Source of the DNA: an archaeon
GTDB lineage: Archaea > Aenigmatarchaeota > Aenigmatarchaeia > Aenigmatarchaeales > JACQIB01
NCBI GenBank assembly: GCA_035291225.1
Contig: DATDSO010000010.1
Span: 11,163-75,162 of the forward strand
DNA: 64,000 bases
Direction of reading: 5' to 3'
How positions within the stretch are numbered: the stretch's first letter is position 1; every line of letters begins with the position of its first letter. The translations under genes were made by a program, and so were the position numbers. The notes below the pieces were generated by a model. The model had not been told where the DNA came from. It saw only the letters and a list, made by a program, of their open reading frames with translations, and did not search any database. Shown piece by piece: positions 17,697 through 24,776 of the stretch.

Positions 17697-18620
17697 ATGA
17701 AGAAAACTGCGCTCCTGCTTGCCGCAATTATTTTTATCTCAGGCTGCACTGCCTCGCAGATAGATATTTTTTTGAAAGCATCTCCGTTGGTGAGCAGTTT
17801 TCTTGAGCAATATCCGAACGCAAAAGTTACTACAATTCTCGTTGCGCAAGGAACAGTTCAGGCGCAGATCGAAAAAATAAAAGAGGACTGCGGTCCGGAC
17901 TTTCCGCTGGCGAGCTATTACAAAACAACTTTGGATGACAAGGAAAATGGAATAATGCTTGTAATCTGGATGGATTCCAAAAATTATCAGATAACCTGCG
18001 CTGTCAAAGAAAGCGCGGGCGTAAAAAAAGAAGTGAACGCAAACGAAACAATAGAAGTAACCACTACAACTCAGCCAATTCCAACAACTTATTACCCACC
18101 CACGACAGCCGCGCCGTCTACAACATCACCATCTATAATTGCAACAACACAGCAGGCAACAACCACCACCTCTAATGCAACGCAAAATTCTACAAATGCA
18201 ACCAGCGCAACAACCACTTCAACTATAGAATCTACTACAACCACAACTATCCCGTTGCCAGATTTGACTGCAGCTCCATGTTGTGTGAATGGGACTACTC
18301 CCGGCACAAGGACATTTATTTCTAATATCTATAATGGTTTTGCTCCCGGCGGCACCGATGTTAACACAACATTTTATATAAAAATTGAGGCGCTCTTTAA
18401 CAACAATGCTTCAGCAGGAGGCATCAATACTTCATCAGGAACCTGCACAACTTCCCTGCCTTCGCTTATTTCCGGCAGCATGTCCCAAGCGGGCTGCCAG
18501 ATATACATAAGCACCAAAGGATCATACACTTTCATAACAACTGTGGACAGCACTAACGTAATAGCGGAGTCAAATGAAAATAATAATGTTAATGTTTTTT
18601 CAAATCTTGATCTTCCTTAA
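17697..18620 (+). CDS. Surface lipoprotein with Thr-linker and CARDB-like domain
   Basis: Lipobox ..AAIIFISGC; linker TTTTQPIPTTYYPPTTAAPSTTSP..TTTTSNAT..; C-terminus LPDLTAAP...TTVDSTNVIAESNENNNV. Confidence 0.7.
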   Translation: MKKTALLLAAIIFISGCTASQIDIFLKASPLVSSFLEQYPNAKVTTILVAQGTVQAQIEKIKEDCGPDFPLASYYKTTLDDKENGIMLVIWMDSKNYQITCAVKESAGVKKEVNANETIEVTTTTQPIPTTYYPPTTAAPSTTSPSIIATTQQATTTTSNATQNSTNATSATTTSTIESTTTTTIPLPDLTAAPCCVNGTTPGTRTFISNIYNGFAPGGTDVNTTFYIKIEALFNNNASAGGINTSSGTCTTSLPSLISGSMSQAGCQIYISTKGSYTFITTVDSTNVIAESNENNNVNVFSNLDLP

Positions 18621-18655
18621 TTTAGTTTTTTGAATTTTACGCTATTTCACTAAGT

Positions 18656-18663
18656 TTTATAAA
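18656..18663 (+). promoter_or_regulatory. TATA box (TTTATAAA) of CARDB lipoprotein 2
   Basis: Box centre is 26.5 nt from ATG 18686. Context GTTTTATAAATAGGTTTT. Confidence 0.55.
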
Positions 18664-18685
18664 TAGGTTTTCAGAAATATTATAT

Positions 18686-19900
18686 ATGAAAAAATCCGCG
18701 TTCTTGCTTTTAATAATAATTCTAATAGCAGGCTGCACGCAATCTGGCCTGACTCCTATTGCAAAAAATCTGCCGGAAGTGAAAGAATTTTTGAATCAAT
18801 ATCCAGAAGCAGCAATAACCGCATCAGCATATTCTCCTTCTGCTGTTAAATTTGTTGTGAAAAATTTCGCGGAGCAATGCCCAAATCTTGGAGAGGAAGG
18901 AAAAAGCTATCAAAAAATAACTATTGTGGATGGAAAAACAAAGCAGATGATGATTGTTTGGATCGAAGCGAAAAACAATGAATTCGTCTGCGCAATCAGA
19001 ACTTCTTTAAGCGGAGAAATTGTTACAACAACTTCCAGCACAACCACAACCCTGCCACCGACAACAACTGCTCAAATCACAACAACTTCCAGCACAACAA
19101 CTACAATTCCGCCGACTACTACAACAACTGCAAATGCGACAAACGCGACAACAACTTCATCTTCAACTACAACAACCATTCAGCCTTTGCCGGATTTGGC
19201 AATTTCAAGCATAATTATAAATAAGGATTATAGGTTTATTCAAGGATTTTTTTATCATAATTTTTCATATACAATAACAAACATTGGCGCGGCAACATCA
19301 AATGCCACAAAAATTCAATTCAATATAACAAATTCCAGCGCAGGAAATTCCACAATCACGAGCTTTGAGCTGTATGTCGGATCGCTGGCTCCTGGCGAAA
19401 CTCTGACAAACACAACGCAAAAAAATTATACATTGAAAGGGGATTATTTTCTTGTAGCTTCTGTTGACAGTATTTCAAGCAATGCTGAACAAAGCGAAAC
19501 GAACAACATGAACTCAAAACATTTTCCAGTGCCTTACGCATTTTCAAGCAATGCAAATTTGATAATTTCGGAAATAAATTATATATTCAAGGAAAGCCTT
19601 CCTTCATGCGAATACTACACAATTAATGCGACTGTAAAAAATGCAGGAACAGAAAATTCCAATGAAGGTTATGTGCGATATGAAATTTACAAGGATGGCG
19701 TTTTAAATGAAGCGAGTGTTGTCGGCGGCTCAGGAATCATACCAATTCTTGCCACATCACAATCTTACAATGTAAGTATCGCAAATAAATGCACATCAAC
19801 AGGAACTTACGTTACAAACGCAACTGCAGACTATTATGACATGACTAAAGAAATAAATGAAATAGATAATTGGAAAACACAAAATCTCGTAGTTCCGTAA
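18686..19900 (+). CDS. Surface lipoprotein, paralogue of 17697..18620, with two CARDB-like domains
   Basis: Lipobox ..IIILIAGC. N-domain is paralogous (FLNQYPEA.. vs FLEQYPNA..; MMIVWIEAKNNEFVCAI vs MLVIWMDSKNYQITCAV). LPDLAISS...VDSISSNAEQSETNNMN, then a second unit ..ADYYDMTKEINEIDNW. Confidence 0.7.
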   Translation: MKKSAFLLLIIILIAGCTQSGLTPIAKNLPEVKEFLNQYPEAAITASAYSPSAVKFVVKNFAEQCPNLGEEGKSYQKITIVDGKTKQMMIVWIEAKNNEFVCAIRTSLSGEIVTTTSSTTTTLPPTTTAQITTTSSTTTTIPPTTTTTANATNATTTSSSTTTTIQPLPDLAISSIIINKDYRFIQGFFYHNFSYTITNIGAATSNATKIQFNITNSSAGNSTITSFELYVGSLAPGETLTNTTQKNYTLKGDYFLVASVDSISSNAEQSETNNMNSKHFPVPYAFSSNANLIISEINYIFKESLPSCEYYTINATVKNAGTENSNEGYVRYEIYKDGVLNEASVVGGSGIIPILATSQSYNVSIANKCTSTGTYVTNATADYYDMTKEINEIDNWKTQNLVVP

Positions 19901-19904
19901 ATTT

Positions 19905-21242
19905 TTATTTTTTCCTCTTTGGGTTTTTTTTCTCGATTTCCTTTTTTAGTTTCTCCTCCTCAATTCTCTCGTACCTCTTGCGCGCAAAATTTTTAAAAGC
20001 CTCATTAATCGGATTCTTGCATCCTGCCGCGCAGTGCAACTCTCCTTGGCATAATCCAATAGATTTCATAAACTGCTCATTCTCGCAGTTGGGCGGCAGA
20101 ATTTCGCGCTGCTGTCTGCCGTGCCACTTCAAAGTTGTGCGCACAAATCTTTCTGGCAAAGGCTGAGGCAAGTTTTTATTCCACTCCAAAATTCTACTCT
20201 CGGTTTTTTCCCACGGCCAGTTTGCTGAGCGAAAAAAAGCTATTAGAGTGAAAACCGAGCGCTTGCGGCCGTCAGGAATTCCAGAAATAATTTTTTTCAT
20301 GCAAGGCGGGAAAAATTCTTCCGGAATCGGTTCGGAAATTTTTCCTTTTGTTTTTGGCTTTTCAACTGCAATAATTTTTTCCGGCTTTAATTTTGCAGTC
20401 CAGTCCAAAGCCTGCAGCAAAAGCTCAGTCCCTTCCTCGGGCTTGCTTTCCAAAAACGGGGCTGAAAAATTTATGTTTGGAATTTCCGCAAACTTCGGGG
20501 AAAAATTTTTCAGCTTGAACGCGCGCAGTGGCAGGGAAACCAGCCAAGTTTTGTGGTGCAAAGAATATGGAGCGCGAAACATATGCCTTGAGCTCCAGCC
20601 TTCTTCAATATCTAAAAATGTGTATGGAGTAAGTTCAGAAATTTCTATTCCTTTTGTTAAGCTTGCAACGCCACCTTCTTCTTTCACAAGAGCCTCAAAA
20701 ATTTTATCCCTGCATTTTTCCTTTATGAATTTACAAAGAGACTGCAAGCCCTCAGGATATTTTTTTGCGAGCAGCTGAAAATCAATTGTCTGCGGAAACG
20801 CCTCTGCTGAAATAGCGATATGGAATCCGCGCCTGCCGGAAAATTTAACAGTTGGGGAAATTCCAAAATCTTTCAAAAAATTTACAACTTCAACAGCTGC
20901 GGCGCGGCCATGCTCTAATTTAAATTTTGCGTCAATGTCTATAATCAAATCCCAGCCCGCGCGCAAATTGTCCTGCTCCTCTTTTGAAAGCTGAGAGGAA
21001 AGCTGCATTGGATTTTTCCAGCGCTCAACTGAGCAGTGAAAAGCAACAACTCCTTTTTTCACTTTTTCCAAAATGTCCGCAGGATACTGCAAAACATCAG
21101 GCCGCTTTGAGTAGCCTCCGTCAGCAAAAGTTCCAGCCGACTCTCTATCCTTAGCGCACGCAAGAATTGCAGACTGGACTTTCGGGTTTGAGTAGTATTT
21201 CAGAATTTGATTTTGAGAAAGCTGAGTTGATGCGGTTTCCAT
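19905..21242 (-). CDS. priS: DNA primase, single-chain fusion of PriS catalytic domain and PriL-like Fe-S C-terminal domain
   Basis: PriS motifs WDLIIDIDA and KFSGRRGFHIAIS. C-terminal ..FFPPCMKKIISGIPDGRKRSVFTLIAFF.. plus PPNC..GLC..HC..GC resembles the PriL-CTD 4Fe-4S domain. Confidence 0.8.
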   Translation of the reverse strand: METASTQLSQNQILKYYSNPKVQSAILACAKDRESAGTFADGGYSKRPDVLQYPADILEKVKKGVVAFHCSVERWKNPMQLSSQLSKEEQDNLRAGWDLIIDIDAKFKLEHGRAAAVEVVNFLKDFGISPTVKFSGRRGFHIAISAEAFPQTIDFQLLAKKYPEGLQSLCKFIKEKCRDKIFEALVKEEGGVASLTKGIEISELTPYTFLDIEEGWSSRHMFRAPYSLHHKTWLVSLPLRAFKLKNFSPKFAEIPNINFSAPFLESKPEEGTELLLQALDWTAKLKPEKIIAVEKPKTKGKISEPIPEEFFPPCMKKIISGIPDGRKRSVFTLIAFFRSANWPWEKTESRILEWNKNLPQPLPERFVRTTLKWHGRQQREILPPNCENEQFMKSIGLCQGELHCAAGCKNPINEAFKNFARKRYERIEEEKLKKEIEKKNPKRKK

Positions 21243-21275
21243 GCAAAAGTTTCTGCGAGAAGATTTATAAGGATT
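21228..21275. repeat. 48-bp direct repeat, copy 1 (primase 5' end plus TATA)
   Basis: TGATGCGGTTTCCATGCAAAAGTTTCTGCGAGAAGATTTATAAGGATT; 46/48 identical to 21695..21742. Confidence 0.9.
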
Positions 21276-21614
21276 TTACTTTTTCTTGGATTTGGGTTTT
21301 TGGGATTTTTGATAGAAATAAATTATAAGTGAAGCTAGAATATAACTCCAAACAATTGAAAGGAACCAACCAATATATTCGCCAACCCCTCTCACAGCTC
21401 CTTTCATAAGAGGTATCATCCAAAAAATCAAATTAGATAGAAAGCCTCCAATAGCCAATGCAATACCGGATAGTTGCTGTGGATATTTACCTCCCGGAGC
21501 TACTGTATAATAAACTTCAGCTGCCATTGCCGTGCCAATAACACCCAAAATCAATAAAATAATTGTTAGAAACACTTTCTGCTTTGTCAATTTAAAAAAT
21601 TCTTTCCAATTCAT
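21276..21614 (-). CDS. Small integral membrane protein (3 TM), hypothetical
   Basis: Hydrophobic 112-aa ORF with a KPKSKKK tail. Own TATA 21636-21643, 25.5 nt from ATG 21614. Flanked by the 48-bp direct repeats. Confidence 0.6.
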   Translation of the reverse strand: MNWKEFFKLTKQKVFLTIILLILGVIGTAMAAEVYYTVAPGGKYPQQLSGIALAIGGFLSNLIFWMIPLMKGAVRGVGEYIGWFLSIVWSYILASLIIYFYQKSQKPKSKKK

Positions 21615-21694
21615 ATTCTAGTATTGCAATGCAGATTTATAAGCTTTCTTTCTAAACAATCTTCATGAACAAAATGATTTTAAGAAAGCGGGGC

Positions 21695-21742
21695 TGATGC
21701 GGTTTCCATGCAAAAGTTTTGGCGAGAAGATTTATAAGGATT
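21695..21742. repeat. 48-bp direct repeat, copy 2 (dhs promoter plus relic primase start)
   Basis: TGATGCGGTTTCCATGCAAAAGTTTTGGCGAGAAGATTTATAAGGATT. On the minus strand it encodes the relic METASAPLS* (primase begins METASTQLS). Confidence 0.9.
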
Positions 21743-21759
21743 CACTCCGAACCCAGATT

Positions 21760-22707
21760 ATGGAAAGGAAAAATTTATTGTCCCGCGAAGTTTCAGACTT
21801 CCGAATAGAAAAAGATTCAGTTGCCCAGCTCGCGGAAAAAATGTGGCAAGGTGGCGGCTTTTCTGCAAAAGGCTTTGGGACTTCTGTGGAAATTTTGTCT
21901 GAAATGTTTGCTGACAAAAGCTGCAAAAAGTTTTTTTCATTTCCAGCGGATATTTGCGCAACAGGCTTGCGCGGCGCGATTGCGCAGATGATTGAAAAAA
22001 ATTTAGTTGATGTGATTATAACAACCTGCGGAACCCTTGACCATGACTTGGCGCGCGCATGGGGCGGGAAATATTTTCACGGCGCATTTGAAATGAATGA
22101 TGAGGATTTGAGAGAGATGGGAATAAACCGCTTGGGAAATGTTCTTGTTCCAAATGAAAGCTATGGCGAGCCGCTGGAAAAAAATATGCGCCCGATTCTG
22201 GAAGAATTGCAAAAGAAAAAAACAGAATGGGGCGGGCGCGAATTGATTCACGAATTCGGCTCGCGCTTGAATGATAAAAATTCAATTCTTTTTCAGGCAG
22301 CAAAAAAAAATATTCCAATTTATGTTCCAGGAATAACTGACGGCGCGTTTGGCTCACAGCTGGTTTGGTTTTCTCAGGAAAATAAATTTTCTGTTGATTT
22401 GCTTGCGGACGAGCGCGAGCTTGCGGACATTTGCTTTCGCAAGGGAAAAACCGGCGCGTTAATGATTGGCGGTGGAATTTCAAAGCACCACACAATTTGG
22501 TGGAACCAATTCAAAGGCGGGCTTGATTATGCTGTGCAAATCACAACTGCAACTCAGTATGATGGCTCTCTCTCGGGCGCGCGATTGTCCGAAGCAGTCA
22601 GCTGGGGGAAAGTTTCTCCACAAGCAAAATATGTTAATGTGGATGGCGATGCGACAATTTTGCTTCCAATTATTTTGGCAGCGGTTTATGAGAAATTGGG
22701 AATTTAA
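21760..22707 (+). CDS. dys: Deoxyhypusine synthase
   Basis: ..ITTCGTLDHDLARAWG.., ..VPGITDGAFGSQL.., ..IGGGISKHHTIWWNQF.., ..DGDATILLPIIL. ATG 21760 is 25.5 nt from TATA 21731-21738 (the ORF track starts at 21697). Confidence 0.85.
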   Translation: MERKNLLSREVSDFRIEKDSVAQLAEKMWQGGGFSAKGFGTSVEILSEMFADKSCKKFFSFPADICATGLRGAIAQMIEKNLVDVIITTCGTLDHDLARAWGGKYFHGAFEMNDEDLREMGINRLGNVLVPNESYGEPLEKNMRPILEELQKKKTEWGGRELIHEFGSRLNDKNSILFQAAKKNIPIYVPGITDGAFGSQLVWFSQENKFSVDLLADERELADICFRKGKTGALMIGGGISKHHTIWWNQFKGGLDYAVQITTATQYDGSLSGARLSEAVSWGKVSPQAKYVNVDGDATILLPIILAAVYEKLGI

Positions 22708-22708
22708 T

Positions 22709-23452
22709 CTACTCCTCGCTCACTCGCGGCGCAAGGACAAAAGAAATTTTGCAAAGCTCGGAAACAAAATCCATTCTCAAAGGATAATCATTTCCAAGAG
22801 AAATTTTCGCGCGGTCGCAGATTTTTCCTGCTTTAATCATTTTTTTCAAATACTCAAGCGGGTAGCGCGATTTTACTTTTGCCTCTGCTGTTAGAACCGG
22901 CAAAGCTACCGAGCCTTTCTCCAAAATCAATTCAGTTTTTGAAGAATCTGATTCAGCAGACATTCTGAAATTTTCCCCGAGCTCAAAAATCGCAGAATCC
23001 GCAATCACGTCCGCATCAGAAATTCCATCTGAAATTACATCCGCGCGCACTTCTGCGGTTGCTGGAAAATTAAACTGTGTTATGTTGGGGACTTCCCCGG
23101 TGTTCAATTCCAAAATCGGCACTGCGAAATTTCTCACAGAGTCTCCTGTTAAAGTTATGTGAAGGCGCGAGCCGTCAAGCTTCAGGGAAATTTTATCAGA
23201 AGGGCCAGCACGGCGCAAAATTGTTAAAAAATTTAATAAATTCAATCCTGCGGTTTCCTCTTTGTCGCAGTTATAATCGGAAAATGCTTTCGCGGAAATT
23301 TTCAAGTCCACAACAACAACCATTGCTCGGTCAGAGGCTGTCAGCTCCAAGCCCTCGGGCTTGAATTTGAAATTCGCCTCGTCAATTATTTGCGCAGCTG
23401 TGTCTATTGAATCCCTTAGCAGTTTAACATCAGAGGCGGTTGCTGAGAACAT
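22709..23452 (-). CDS. pcn: DNA polymerase sliding clamp (PCNA)
   Basis: 247 aa; N-terminus ..KLLRDSIDTAAQIIDEANFKFKPEGLELTASDRAMVVVVDLKI.. and overall PCNA layout. Confidence 0.85.
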   Translation of the reverse strand: MFSATASDVKLLRDSIDTAAQIIDEANFKFKPEGLELTASDRAMVVVVDLKISAKAFSDYNCDKEETAGLNLLNFLTILRRAGPSDKISLKLDGSRLHITLTGDSVRNFAVPILELNTGEVPNITQFNFPATAEVRADVISDGISDADVIADSAIFELGENFRMSAESDSSKTELILEKGSVALPVLTAEAKVKSRYPLEYLKKMIKAGKICDRAKISLGNDYPLRMDFVSELCKISFVLAPRVSEE

Positions 23453-23558
23453 TTTTATCGAATAATTAATGGAAGTACAGATTTAAATCCTTTTGCTTTC
23501 TGTAGATGAAAAGCAAAACTTATTAACTTAGCCCGCGCACAATTATGCGGTAAGTTCT

Positions 23559-24776
23559 ATGAAAATTGTTGTAATCGGCGACACACATTTAGGCTATGAT
23601 TTCGGTGGGCCGCGCGGAGAGGATTCTTTTTTAGCTCTGGAGGAAGTAATTGAGCGCGCGCAAGACGCAGACTTGATTTTAATGCTTGGAGATGTTTTTG
23701 ATAACAGAATTCCAAAGCCGGAAATTTTCGCGCGCGGCGCGAGGATTTTAGGCAGGGCACAAAATTTTGGGCCGAGCAAAGCAAAATTAATTGCTCTCAA
23801 TGGGAAAGAAGAAAAAGAAATTTCCCCCACTGCTCTGAAAGGAATTCCGATTGTTGCAATTTCTGGAACGCATGATAGAAGGAGCAGGCATTTGGTAAAT
23901 CCTGTTCAGGCTCTGGAACATGCGGGCTTGCTAATTAATTTGCACTGCGCAACTGCTGTTTTCGAAATCAACGGAGAAAAAGTTGCGATTCACGGTTTGA
24001 GCGGCGTGCCTGAAAGATATGCGAAAGATGTTTTGCTGTCTTGGAATCCTGTTCCGACAAAAGATGCGAAAAATATTTTTCTCATGCACCAGTCAATTGA
24101 ACCTTATATTTATTCCCCGCTCGAGCCGCCTTCCCTGAAGTTGGAAGATTTGCCAATTGGAATGAATTTGTATTTGCTCGGGCATATGCACTGGCGCGAC
24201 CAGAAAAATTTTCGTGGAGGCCAATTAGTTCTCACAGGCAGCACGATTTTCACTTCAATCCACAAAACTGAAGCAGAGCAGCAGAGAAAAGGATTTTGGA
24301 TTTCTGACGGAAATCTTGCTGATTTTGTTCCGCTGAAAAACAGCAGAAAAGTTTTGTGGCATGAAATGTATTTTACTGAAAATACAAAAGTGGAAATTGA
24401 AAGCGCGCTTTTTTCCCTGCCGCAGCAGGATGGCGGGCTTTTGCCAATAATAAATATTAAAGTAAAGGGAAAACTTCCTGCAGGAGTTTCCACGCCAAAC
24501 TTTTCAGATTTAGAGGAAAAATATTCCAGCAAGGGAATTATCAGAATAAACAAAAATATTGAAGCAGAGGATTTTCAGGAGCAGATTGAACTCCTCCATG
24601 CTTTGCGCGAGGCAAAACTTTCTCCGGAAGAGCAGGGGCTAAAACTTTTAGCTGAAAATTTGAAGCAGGCAAACTGCGGAATCCGCGCAGAGGAAATTTT
24701 TGATTTGCTTGTTGATGGGAATGCGGATTTGATTTTTAATTTGCTTTCGGGAAAACAGAAAACTTTGGGTGCTTGA
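23559..24776 (+). CDS. mre11: DNA double-strand break repair nuclease Mre11
   Basis: Phosphoesterase motifs VIGDTHLG, LGDVFD, SGTHD, LGHMH. Immediately followed by rad50. Confidence 0.85.
   Translation: MKIVVIGDTHLGYDFGGPRGEDSFLALEEVIERAQDADLILMLGDVFDNRIPKPEIFARGARILGRAQNFGPSKAKLIALNGKEEKEISPTALKGIPIVAISGTHDRRSRHLVNPVQALEHAGLLINLHCATAVFEINGEKVAIHGLSGVPERYAKDVLLSWNPVPTKDAKNIFLMHQSIEPYIYSPLEPPSLKLEDLPIGMNLYLLGHMHWRDQKNFRGGQLVLTGSTIFTSIHKTEAEQQRKGFWISDGNLADFVPLKNSRKVLWHEMYFTENTKVEIESALFSLPQQDGGLLPIINIKVKGKLPAGVSTPNFSDLEEKYSSKGIIRINKNIEAEDFQEQIELLHALREAKLSPEEQGLKLLAENLKQANCGIRAEEIFDLLVDGNADLIFNLLSGKQKTLGA

Noticed and set aside
18050-19190. Nucleotide-level ACAACA/ACCACC-type repeats (also at 5530-5640, 13080-13320, 31890-32010 and 39700-39900) as microsatellites or repeat elements
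   Set aside because: They are in frame and encode the Thr/Ser/Pro linkers of surface proteins, so the repeat is a consequence of protein low complexity.
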